Positions 43,831 to 52,948 of a DNA stretch of 64,000 bases are shown here, one piece after another. Below the pieces are notes generated by a model that did not search any database, was not told the origin of the DNA, and worked only from the letters and a program-made list of their open reading frames with translations. How positions within the stretch are numbered: the stretch's first letter is position 1; the number at the start of each line of letters is the position of its first letter. A program made the position numbers and the translations under genes. Origin of the DNA: an uncultured Gemmatimonadales bacterium. GTDB taxonomy: Bacteria; Gemmatimonadota; Gemmatimonadetes; Longimicrobiales; RSA9. Location: assembly GCA_963798085.1 (NCBI GenBank), contig CAWCRS010000007.1:1056001-1120000 (forward strand), read 5' to 3'.

Positions 43831-44811
43831 CTACCTCGTTTGGTCCGGTAAGGAGGAAAGCGGCTTGCCCAGCTTGCGCGAGAGATGGTGCAGCATGTCC
43901 GCGGTCATGGCCTGCAGATCGTATGCGGGCTGCCAGCCCCATTCGGTGCGCGCCGCGCTGTCATCGATGCGGCGCGGCCAGGAATCCGCGATCGCCTGAC
44001 GCACCGCGTCCACGCGGTAGGCAATACGGAAATCCGGCAGGTGCTGGCGCAGGGCATCGGCCAGCATGTCGGGCGTCAGCTGCATGGCGGTGATATTGAA
44101 CGCATTGCGATGACAGAGCGCGCTGCTATCGGCCTCCATCAGCTCCATGGCGGCGCGAATGGCATCGGGCATGTACATCATGTCGAGCTGTGTTTCCGCC
44201 GAGAGGAAGCAGGTGTAGCTGCCCGCCTCAATGGCGGCGTAGAAGATCTCGACTGCGTAGTCCGTGGTGCCCCCGCCTGCCTGCGCGACGTAGGAGATGA
44301 GTCCGGGGAAGCGCACGCCGCGCGCGTCCACGCCGAAGCGCACGAAGTAGTAGTCGCAGAGCAGCTCGCCCGCGACCTTGGTCACGCCGTACATGGTGCG
44401 CGGCCGCTGCACGGTGTCCTGCGGCGCCGGATCGCGTGGTGTGCCCGGGCCGAACGCTGCGATCGAGCTGGGCGCGAACAGCGCGCAGCCCGCCTCGCGC
44501 GCGACTTCCAGCACGTTGAACAGCGAGCCCATGTTCAGCGTGTACGCGCGTTGTGGATCTTCCTCGCCGCGCGCCGAGAGCAGTGCCGCGAGGTGGAAGA
44601 TGGCATCAGCCTGGTGTTCCTTGACGGCGCGCGCCACCGCGTGCGGGTCCATGCAGTCGAGCCGTGTCCACGGACCGGCTTCGCGCAGGTCCGCGGATGG
44701 CTCACGGACGTCGCTCGCGAGTACGGCCGCATCACCGTAGACACCACGCAGTGCCGGGACCAGCTCGGTGCCTACCTGGCCACCCGCCCCCGTCACCAGG
44801 ATCCGTTTCAT
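43831..44811 (-). CDS. SDR-type L-threonine 3-dehydrogenase
   Basis: Motifs GAGGQVG, HLAALLSA.GE, PSSIAAFG, YGVTK, GGGTTDYAV and QAIADSWP. Confidence 0.88.
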   Translation of the reverse strand: MKRILVTGAGGQVGTELVPALRGVYGDAAVLASDVREPSADLREAGPWTRLDCMDPHAVARAVKEHQADAIFHLAALLSARGEEDPQRAYTLNMGSLFNVLEVAREAGCALFAPSSIAAFGPGTPRDPAPQDTVQRPRTMYGVTKVAGELLCDYYFVRFGVDARGVRFPGLISYVAQAGGGTTDYAVEIFYAAIEAGSYTCFLSAETQLDMMYMPDAIRAAMELMEADSSALCHRNAFNITAMQLTPDMLADALRQHLPDFRIAYRVDAVRQAIADSWPRRIDDSAARTEWGWQPAYDLQAMTADMLHHLSRKLGKPLSSLPDQTR

Positions 44812-44981
44812 GTTTGCTCCGCTGAATTGCCGGCCGCGCGGCCATGCAGGACGGCGGTAGCATACGCGCGCACCGGGCCAAAGCAAGTGCGCACGGCTGG
44901 CCATCGAGGGCTGTCGCAAGCGACAATGCGCGTTAGGTTGTGGCCGGCTTTCGATCCGCGTCTCCGCTTGGGATGACTGGA

Positions 44982-46043
44982 ATGACTGAGGAAACACAGG
45001 AACACGCGGGACCCACCTTACCCGAACTGGTTGCCCGGCTGTTGCGCGGCGAGCATCTCGGCATCGCCGACGCCGAGAGCGCGTTTCGCACGATCATGGA
45101 GGGCCGGGCCACGCCGGTGCAAACCGCCGCGTTCCTCATCGCGCTGCGCGCCAAGCGTGAGCACCCGGTGGAAGTGGCAGGCGGCGTGCGCGCATTGCGC
45201 GCCGCGATGGTGCCGGTAGCTGCGAGCGAGCCGGGCACGCTGGTCGATACCTGCGGCACGGGTGGTGGTGCGGTCACCACCTTCAACATCTCGACTGCTG
45301 CCGCACTGCTGGCCGCAGGCGCGGGCGTGCGCATCGCCAAGCACGGCAACCGCTCGTTCACATCGCGCTGCGGGAGCGCGGACGTGCTCGCTGAGCTGGG
45401 TGTCGCGATCGAGCTGACGCCGGCAGCCATGGGCCAGGTGCTGGAAGAGGCGGGCATTGTGTTCATGTTCGCGCCGCTGCTGCACCCGGCGATGAAGCAT
45501 GTGGCGCCGGTACGCCGTGAGCTGGGCGTGCCCACGATCATGAACATCCTGGGCCCGCTCACAAACCCCGCGGGTGCGCGGCGTCAGGTGGTGGGCGTGG
45601 CCGATCCCGCACTCGTCGAGCTGATCGCGGGCGCACTGCACGAGCTGGGACACCAACAGGCGCTCGTCGTGCACGGCGATCCCGGGCTCGATGAGCTGAG
45701 CCCGATCGGCGAGACCAGCGTGATCGAGCTGAAGCGCGGCCAGCTGAGCCGCTATCGGCTGTCCCCCGCGAGCCTGCTCGGTGATGCCGCGCTGGATGCT
45801 GCCGACCTGGCGGGTGGCTCGCCGGAACACAATGCGGCCGTCATCACGGGCGTGCTGGAGGGCCGCCTGCAGGGCGCAGCTCGCGCTGCGGTGGTGCTCA
45901 ATGCCGGCGCCGCCATCTATGTCGGCGGGCTGGCCGATGATCTCAGAGAGGGAGTCCGTCTCGCGGAATGCGCCCTGGACGAGGGTCACGGCCTGGCCGC
46001 GCTGCAGCGGCTGCGCAGCGCCAGCAGCGCGGCCCGCGAATGA
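44982..46043 (+). CDS. trpD: Anthranilate phosphoribosyltransferase
   Basis: Motifs DTCGTGG, FNIST, KHGNRS, GSADVL, NILGPLTNP and GLDE. Confidence 0.96.
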   Translation: MTEETQEHAGPTLPELVARLLRGEHLGIADAESAFRTIMEGRATPVQTAAFLIALRAKREHPVEVAGGVRALRAAMVPVAASEPGTLVDTCGTGGGAVTTFNISTAAALLAAGAGVRIAKHGNRSFTSRCGSADVLAELGVAIELTPAAMGQVLEEAGIVFMFAPLLHPAMKHVAPVRRELGVPTIMNILGPLTNPAGARRQVVGVADPALVELIAGALHELGHQQALVVHGDPGLDELSPIGETSVIELKRGQLSRYRLSPASLLGDAALDAADLAGGSPEHNAAVITGVLEGRLQGAARAAVVLNAGAAIYVGGLADDLREGVRLAECALDEGHGLAALQRLRSASSAARE

Positions 46044-46117
46044 ACCGGCGCGCCGGGCGCGGCACCGCCGCGCCCAAACCGCGTGTTAGTGCGGTGCGAC
46101 GCGGCGGCGCGGGCTCC

Positions 46118-46246
46118 TCAGTTCGCTGAAACTACAGCCCGCAGGGTCCAGGGCCCGAGGATAGGACCTCCTTCCACCCGCAGCACCAGAAGCGTTGTGC
46201 TGCGTCGGTCTGTCCGCCCCACCACAAATGCTTTCCGCCGCCCCAT
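46118..46246 (-). CDS. Putative 42-aa small protein translationally coupled to lexA
   Basis: ATG overlaps the lexA stop (TGATG). Translation: MGRRKAFVVGRTDRRSTTLLVLRVEGGPILGPWTLRAVVSAN*. Confidence 0.25.
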   Translation of the reverse strand: MGRRKAFVVGRTDRRSTTLLVLRVEGGPILGPWTLRAVVSAN

Positions 46247-46854
46247 CAGTACCTCCGGATGACCCCAACCACGATGCCCTGAACCCGAATATCCTGTGAC
46301 CGGAAAAACATTGCCGGCATGCGCTCGTTCGCCGGCTGGAGCCGGACCCGGCCGTCCGACTCGCGATAGAACTTCTTCACGGTGGCCGCCTCGCCCTGCA
46401 CCAACGCGACCACCATGTCGCCGTTCTGGGCGGTGGGCTGCGCGTTCACGATCACGTAGTCGCCATCACGAATCTGCTCGTCGATCATGGAGTTGCCCTT
46501 CACGCGCAGCACGTAATGCTGGCCGCCGCGGCGCAGCAGTGTCTCGGGCACAGCGATCGACTCGCGATCCTCGATTGCCTCAATGGGCACACCCGCCGCG
46601 ACCGTGCCCAGCAGCGGCAGCTCCAGCGCACTCGTATTGCTGCCCCCATCCATCAGCTCGATGGATCGGCTCGCGTTGTAGCTCTTCCGGATGTATCCCT
46701 TGAGCCGCAGATTCTCGAGATGCTCATGCACCGTGGCCAGCGATGTGTAGCCGAAGTGCTGCGCGATCTCCTCGAAGCTCGGCGGGTACCCGTTGTCTTC
46801 GAGGAACCGCTCGAGGAAATCGAGAATCTCCTTCTGTCGCTTGGTCAGAGGCAT
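46246..46854 (-). CDS. lexA: SOS repressor LexA
   Basis: LTKRQKEIL..GYPPS..EIA..LATVHEHL..L..KGYI winged HTH, cleavage site AAG, catalytic Ser in GNSM and Lys in TVKK. Confidence 0.97.
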   Translation of the reverse strand: MPLTKRQKEILDFLERFLEDNGYPPSFEEIAQHFGYTSLATVHEHLENLRLKGYIRKSYNASRSIELMDGGSNTSALELPLLGTVAAGVPIEAIEDRESIAVPETLLRRGGQHYVLRVKGNSMIDEQIRDGDYVIVNAQPTAQNGDMVVALVQGEAATVKKFYRESDGRVRLQPANERMPAMFFRSQDIRVQGIVVGVIRRY

Positions 46855-46902
46855 CGTGACCTCGGATGCGGTGCGTGGGCTCCCCGGCTGGTCGGTGGCC
46901 TA

Positions 46903-46944
46903 CCGAAGAGGAACCGAAAGCAACTTACCCGAAAGTGAACCGAA
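46903..46944. promoter_or_regulatory. Two candidate LexA operators, CCGAA-N6-CCGAA
   Basis: 46903-46918 CCGAAGAGGAACCGAA and 46929-46944 CCGAAAGTGAACCGAA. Confidence 0.65.
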
Positions 46945-46950
46945 GCGCAA
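46922..46950 (-). promoter_or_regulatory. sigma70-like lexA promoter
   Basis: TTGCGC-N17-TAAGTT on the minus strand. Confidence 0.55.
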
Positions 46951-47765
46951 GAGGCGCGGCCGGATTCCTGGATCGGATCCTGGTGGCGAAGCAGGAAGAG
47001 GTGGCGGGCCTGCGGAGTCGGCGGGCGGAGCTGCGCCGGCAGGCTGAGCGTGCGTCGCCCGCGCGCCCCTTCGGTGCGGCGCTCCAGCAGCTGGCGGAGG
47101 TCACTGTGATCGCGGAGTACAAGCGTCGCTCACCCTCTGCCGGCGCCCTGGGCAAGGGCGACCCGGCAGAGGTCGCGCGCGCCTATGCCGCCGGGGGCGC
47201 ACGTGCCGTCAGCGTGCTGACCGATGGTCCGTTCTTCGGCGGGTCGCTGGCCGACCTGGCCGCTGTGCGCGCCTCCGTGGAGTTGCCCGTTCTGCGCAAG
47301 GACTTCGTGCTGGACGAAGCGCAGGTCTGGGAGGCCAGGGCGGCGGGCGCGGATGCGGTGCTGCTGATCGCGCGCATCCTGGAGGACGCGCGGCTGGCGG
47401 GGCTGCTCGATCTGTGTCGCGAGCTGCAGTTCTCGGCGCTGGTCGAGGTGCACGATGCGGCCGAGCTGGAGCGCGCGCTGCGGGCGGGCGCGGGCATCAT
47501 CGGCGTCAACAACCGTGACCTGGAGACGTTCGCGACGGATCTCGACGTGACGTTGACGCTTGCCAGCCTCATCCCTGTGGACCGCGTGCTCGTGGGCGAG
47601 AGCGGCATTGCCACGGCCGCCGATGTGGACCGCCTCGGAAGCGCGGGTGTCGACGCGGTGCTGGTGGGCGAGGCGCTGATGCGGGGTGGTGGCGTGAGCG
47701 CCCTGGCGGGCCGACCCAAGCGCAGCCGGGACCGTACGCCCATCTCGGCGGGCTTCGCGTTGCTG
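46935..47765 (+). CDS. trpC: Indole-3-glycerol phosphate synthase (in frame with trpF as sequenced; fusion uncertain)
   Basis: Motifs FLDRIL, IAEYKRRSPS, SVLTD, LRKDF, GVNNRDL, ESGI and LVGEALM. Confidence 0.93.
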
Positions 47766-48431
47766 ATGCGGGTCAAGATCTGCGGGGTCTGCCGGCCCGG
47801 GGATGCTGCGGCCGCGGTGGCAGCGGGCGCCGACTACGTGGGTGTGATCCTGGCACCGGGGCGCGCGCGCACGCAGTCGTTGTCACAGGCCGCTGCCATC
47901 TGGAGCGCGGCGCCGCAGGCGATGCGCGTCGGTGTTTTCGTGGATGCGGCGCCGGCGGAGCTGGCCGCAACAGCGCGCGAACTCGGCCTGCACGTGCTGC
48001 AGCTGCACGGCGAGGAGGACGCGGCACTGGTGCAGGCGGTGCGCGCGGCGGGCCAGTGGCGCGTCTGGAAGGCGGTGCGACCACGCTCGGGCGGGGAATT
48101 CGCGCGCGCGGCGGAGTACTGGGCGCCGCTGGTGGACGGCCTGCTGGTGGACGGCTGGTCGGCCGAGGCGGCGGGCGGCACCGGTGTGGCCTTCGGCTGG
48201 GACGCAGTGGCCGGCCTGCGCGACCTGGTGCCGGATAACATTGAGTTTGTGGTGGCGGGCGGCCTGAACCCCGGCAACGTGGCGCAGGCCGTCGCGCGGC
48301 TGGCGCCCGATACTGTGGATGTCAGCTCGGGCGTGGAGAGTGAGCGGGGCATCAAGTCGGCGGAGCGGGTGCAGGCGTTCGTGCAGGCGGCGCGGAGCGC
48401 AATCCCGCAGCCCGCAGCGAGGAAGCCATGA
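47766..48431 (+). CDS. trpF: Phosphoribosylanthranilate isomerase (domain or separate gene)
   Basis: Motifs [29 protein letters not shown] and DVSSGVE. Confidence 0.92.
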   Translation: MRVKICGVCRPGDAAAAVAAGADYVGVILAPGRARTQSLSQAAAIWSAAPQAMRVGVFVDAAPAELAATARELGLHVLQLHGEEDAALVQAVRAAGQWRVWKAVRPRSGGEFARAAEYWAPLVDGLLVDGWSAEAAGGTGVAFGWDAVAGLRDLVPDNIEFVVAGGLNPGNVAQAVARLAPDTVDVSSGVESERGIKSAERVQAFVQAARSAIPQPAARKP

Positions 48432-49628
48432 GCGAAGTGGCGACGCAGGACACCACCCGTTTCGGCGCGTACGGCGGGCGTTACGTGCCGGAGACGCTGA
48501 TGGCGGCGCTCGACCAGCTCGCGCAGGCCTGGGCCACGGCGTCCGTGGAGACGGCCTTCTGGACCGAGCTGGAAGCACTGCTGCGCGACTACGTGGGACG
48601 GCCCACGCCGCTCTGGCACGCGCAGCGCCTGAGTGAGGTCGCAGGCGTCAAGGTCTGGCTCAAGCGCGAGGACCTGAATCACACCGGGGCGCACAAGATC
48701 AACAACACGCTGGGTCAGATCCTGCTGGCGAGGCGCATGGGTAAACGCCGCATTATCGCGGAGACCGGCGCGGGCCAGCATGGTGTGGCCACAGCCACGG
48801 TGTGCGCGCTGTTCGGCCTGCGCTGCGCCATTGACATGGGCGCGGAAGATGTGCAGCGGCAGGCGCTCAACGTCTATCGCATGAAACTGCTGGGCGCAGA
48901 GGTGCGGACCGTCGAATCCGGCACGCGGACGCTCAAGGATGCGACCAATGAAGCCATGCGCGACTGGGTGGCTCATGTTGCCGATACTCACTATATTATC
49001 GGCTCCGTTGTCGGTCCTGATCCGTACCCGCGCCTCGTCCGCGATCTTCAGTCCGTGATTGGCCGGGAGACACGCTCCCAGTTCGAACGGAACGAAGGTC
49101 GGCTTCCCGCCGCGGTCATCGCCTGTGTCGGCGGTGGATCCAATGCCATGGGCATCTTTCACGAGTTCGTGCCGGAGGGCAGTGTCGCCCTTGTAGGCGT
49201 CGAAGCGGCCGGCGAAGGTCTGGCGAGCGGGCATCACGCCGCATCGCTGAGCGCGGGTTCGCCCGGCGTGCTGCACGGCTCGTACAGCTATCTGCTGCAG
49301 GATGCGGAAGGACAGGTGGCGCCCGCGCATTCCGTGTCGGCCGGCCTCGACTATCCGGGTGTCGGCCCGGAGCACGCGTGGCTGAAGGACACGGGTCGTG
49401 CACAGTATGTCAGTGTGACCGATGCGGAAGCACTCGATGGGTTCGCACAACTGGCCCGGCTGGAAGGCATCATTCCGGCGCTGGAGAGTGCGCACGCAGT
49501 GGCCTACGTGCTGCGCGAAGGCAGACAGTGGGCGGGGGCGGGGTCCGTAGTCATTCTGTCTCAGCGGGCGGGGAGACAAGGATGTGGAACACGTGTCGTC
49601 GCTGACCCACGGGATGGCCGGGCACTGA
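48428..49628 (+). CDS. trpB: Tryptophan synthase beta chain; apparent +1 frameshift at about 49554 (corrected stop 49628)
   Basis: Motifs [23 protein letters not shown] and [11 protein letters not shown]. The conserved LSGRGDKD lies in the shifted frame. Confidence 0.95.
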
Positions 49629-49646
49629 GAACGAGGCGAGCGCACC

Positions 49647-51497
49647 ATGAGCCTGGATAGCGACGCCAATTCCGTAGACAACCCGACGGCTGCCGAACCC
49701 GCCGCCAGCGCGACGGGTGCGACGCCTAACGGCGCGTCATCGGCGCGGCCACCAGCCGGCGGCTCCGCCCCGGCCGCCGCCGCGGTGTCCTTCGAGGACT
49801 GGGGCGAAGCGCCGCTGCCCGACGCGGAGATCGCCGAGCTGTTCATGGCCCTGGAGAAGGCGATCCGCGCGCGCCGGCTCTATCAGGAGAACAACCCCGT
49901 CTATCAGCAGTTCCTCCTCAATACACGCAATGCCGTGACCCGCCTGTGGGATCGTGTGCCCTCGCTCACGGTCTCCGTCGAAGAGCAGGGCTTCCGCTGC
50001 TTCGGCAAGGCGTTTCCCTCGAAGGATGCGCGCGAGGGCCTGGCCTTCCTGTTCTATCGCGACGGCGTACGCGTGCTCACGTTCCTGCCCGGCTTCGAGG
50101 ACGAGATCGATCTGTTCGTGCACGTGATCGATCGCGCCCGCCAGATGGGTCCGCGCGCGACCGATGACATCGTCACACTGCTCTGGGAAGAGGAATTCTC
50201 GGCCTTCCAGTACAGCTACGTCGATCTGCTCGCGGAAGGCGGCATGCTGCCGCAGGCGCCGCGCGAACCGCCCGCGCCCGCCGAGGTGAATCGCGAGCAC
50301 ATTGAGCGCGTGGTGGAAGGGGAGCCGGACGAAAAGCCACCGCCCGCCGTGGAGGCGGGACAGCCGCCGCTGGCGCAGATCGTCAACGTCGAGAACTTCG
50401 TCGAGACGACGTATTTCCTCGAGTCCGATGAGCTGGACACGCTGTATCGCGAAGTGGAAGCGGAATGGGAACGCGACGTGCGCGCCGCTGTGCTGGACGC
50501 GCTCTTCGACCGCCTCGAGGATTCCACGTTCGCGGACCGGCACGGCGAGATCCTGCGCATCCTGGGACAGCTGCTGCCCGCGTTTCTGGCGCGCGGCGAT
50601 CTCTCCAATGTGTCGAAGATCCTGGTCGAGGTGGCCGAGATCGGCGAGCAGCCGCACCTGGGGATGGAGGAGAAGCAGGAGATCGAGCGGCTGCTCAAGG
50701 AGCTGAGTGATGCTCAGGTGTTATCACAGTTCCTGGGCTCGCTCGAGGACGGCACCATCAATCCCACCGAGCAGGAGCTGGCGCTGTTCCTCTCCTATCT
50801 GGGGTCGGAGGCGCTGCCCCTGCTGATCCGCACCGTGGAGAAGACGGAGTCGGTGCGGCTGCGCGAGCGCATGGCGCCGGCGCTGGATGGCGTGGGCCGC
50901 AAGCACGCCCGGCCGCTGGCCGGCATGGTGGCTGCGCCCGACGAGAAAGTGGCGCAGGGCGCGGCGCGCATCGCCGGCCGCATCAAGCTGCGCGCCGCCA
51001 CTAACAATCTGATAGCACTGTTCCGCAAGTCGGATGTCGTCGGCCGCCGCATCGCCATCGAAGCGCTCTCCGCCATGGGCGATCCGGGCGCACTGGAGGC
51101 GGTGCAGGAGGGGCTGAACGATGGCGACCGCGAAGTGCGCATTGCGGCGGCGCGCGGCCTGGCGGCCACCAGCACGCCGTCCGCGCGCGACCGGCTGAAG
51201 GGCATGGTGAAGAGCCGCGCCCTGCGCGATGCCGACCTCACCGAACAGATCGCCGTGTTCGAGGCCTACGGCAGCGCGGCGAGCGAAGAGGACATCGAGG
51301 TGCTGGACCGGCTGCTGAACGGGCGTCGCCTGCTGACGAAGGAGTCGCCGGAAATCCGCTCCTGCGCGGCCATGGCGCTGGGCCGCATTGCATCGCCGGC
51401 CGCGCGCACCGCGCTCATGGAATCCGCCCACGATCCGCATCCCATGGTACGCAATGCGGTGTCCCGCGCGCTGGCGCAGCCGAGGAGCGGGGCATGA
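49647..51497 (+). CDS. HEAT-repeat (PBS lyase-like) protein
   Basis: C-terminal helical repeats [24 protein letters not shown] and [12 protein letters not shown]. Confidence 0.85.
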   Translation: MSLDSDANSVDNPTAAEPAASATGATPNGASSARPPAGGSAPAAAAVSFEDWGEAPLPDAEIAELFMALEKAIRARRLYQENNPVYQQFLLNTRNAVTRLWDRVPSLTVSVEEQGFRCFGKAFPSKDAREGLAFLFYRDGVRVLTFLPGFEDEIDLFVHVIDRARQMGPRATDDIVTLLWEEEFSAFQYSYVDLLAEGGMLPQAPREPPAPAEVNREHIERVVEGEPDEKPPPAVEAGQPPLAQIVNVENFVETTYFLESDELDTLYREVEAEWERDVRAAVLDALFDRLEDSTFADRHGEILRILGQLLPAFLARGDLSNVSKILVEVAEIGEQPHLGMEEKQEIERLLKELSDAQVLSQFLGSLEDGTINPTEQELALFLSYLGSEALPLLIRTVEKTESVRLRERMAPALDGVGRKHARPLAGMVAAPDEKVAQGAARIAGRIKLRAATNNLIALFRKSDVVGRRIAIEALSAMGDPGALEAVQEGLNDGDREVRIAAARGLAATSTPSARDRLKGMVKSRALRDADLTEQIAVFEAYGSAASEEDIEVLDRLLNGRRLLTKESPEIRSCAAMALGRIASPAARTALMESAHDPHPMVRNAVSRALAQPRSGA

Positions 51498-52948
51498 GCC
51501 AGGCCGCGCCACCGCTGGTCCACAGCGAGACCGTTCTCCAGCCGCTGGGGCGCGCCATGATCACCGCGCTCTATGCGGCGTCCAAGGCGTTCAAGTTCTA
51601 TCCGCTGGAAAACGCCACCGTGCAGAACGCGCTCGATCAGGTGTACGCCATCGTGCGCCGCATCCTCGATCGCGAGGAGTCGATTCAGCTGCGCCTGGTA
51701 GGGGACTTCCTGTTCCTGAACGAAGCTCGCCTGCGACTCGATCTCTCGGATTACGTTTCGTTCTCCTACGTGGCCGGTCTCTTCAGCCGCCACGGCGTCG
51801 GCCAGGTGACGATGCTGAAGGGACTGGAGCGGCACCACCTCGTGCCCTTCCTCTCGCTGCTCATCGAAGAAGGATCGGGCGGCGAGGCGGCGTTCGAGGT
51901 GTTCCTCGGCCGTTTCGAGGCCAGTCACGCGAAGTACATTGATGTCGATCCCGCGAAGGAGATCACGGAAGATCTCGGACTGGAAGCCGACGAGCGCGCC
52001 AAGGAAGCCGCCAAGGTCACCTACTTCCAGTCGGTGCACGTGGCGCGCGAAGTCCTGACTGATGCCCGCCTGGGTCGTGCCGTCAATCTGCGCCGCGTGA
52101 AGCGCGCCGTGCAGTCCATTGTGGACCAGGTGCTGAACAACGAAACATCGATTGTGGGCATGACCACGCTGCGGGACTACGACGAATACACGTTCACGCA
52201 CTCGGTCAACGTCAGCATCATCAGCGTCGTGATCGGGCAGCGTCTCGGCCTTTCCAAGCTGCAGCTCTACGAGCTGGGCCTGGGTGCCCTGTTCCACGAC
52301 ATTGGCAAACAGCGCATTGACGCGGCCATTGTCACCAAGGCCGCCGGGCTCACGAACGAAGAATGGGCCTGGATCCGGCGCCATCCGACGGAGGGCCTGC
52401 TGGCGCTCTTCTGGATGCGCGGTCTGGCGGATGTGCCGTACCGGCCCATGCTCATGGCCTACGAGCACCACATGAAAATCGACCTGACCGGCTATCCGCG
52501 GAACAAGCGGTCGCGCACGCCCACGCTGTTCAGCCGCATTGTGGCGACCGCGGATGGTTTCGACGCGGCCACCTCCAAGCGCAGCTACCAGCATCAGCCG
52601 TGGCCGGCGGACGAAGTACTGCGCGAGATGCGTGACAATCCCAAGCGCGGCTTCGATCCGCTGCTGGTCAAGGCGCTGGTGACGGCGACGGGCGTGTTCC
52701 CGGTTGGCACGCTGACCATCCTGGACACCTTCGAAATGGCCGTGGTGGTGGCGCGCAATCCGGATCCCAAGCGCCTGCACCAGCCGGTGGTGCGCATCAT
52801 CTCGGACAACATGGGCATCACGCTGGCGGAGCCCGTCACGGCGGATCTCAGTGACCAGGATGAGGAGACGGGCAAGGCGAAGCGCGCCATCATCAAGACC
52901 GTGGACCCCGACCGGTTCGGCATTCGTGTCTCCGACTATTTCGTCTAG
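51494..52948 (+). CDS. HD-GYP domain cyclic dinucleotide phosphodiesterase
   Basis: Motifs DEYTFTHSVNV, HDIGK, HPTEG, HH..DLTGYP, ADGFDAATSKRSY and FDP. Confidence 0.9.
   Translation: MSQAAPPLVHSETVLQPLGRAMITALYAASKAFKFYPLENATVQNALDQVYAIVRRILDREESIQLRLVGDFLFLNEARLRLDLSDYVSFSYVAGLFSRHGVGQVTMLKGLERHHLVPFLSLLIEEGSGGEAAFEVFLGRFEASHAKYIDVDPAKEITEDLGLEADERAKEAAKVTYFQSVHVAREVLTDARLGRAVNLRRVKRAVQSIVDQVLNNETSIVGMTTLRDYDEYTFTHSVNVSIISVVIGQRLGLSKLQLYELGLGALFHDIGKQRIDAAIVTKAAGLTNEEWAWIRRHPTEGLLALFWMRGLADVPYRPMLMAYEHHMKIDLTGYPRNKRSRTPTLFSRIVATADGFDAATSKRSYQHQPWPADEVLREMRDNPKRGFDPLLVKALVTATGVFPVGTLTILDTFEMAVVVARNPDPKRLHQPVVRIISDNMGITLAEPVTADLSDQDEETGKAKRAIIKTVDPDRFGIRVSDYFV

Noticed and set aside
44926..44976. 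trp leader peptide/attenuator upstream of trpD (MRVRLWPAFDPRLRLG)
   Set aside because: Only one Trp codon, no SD, and no terminator/antiterminator pair.
46132..46245. Trp-rich frame (W..LWW..FWCCGW) just after the lexA stop
   Set aside because: It is antisense to the trp genes, so it cannot attenuate them. There is no SD, and TGG is common in this G-rich strand.
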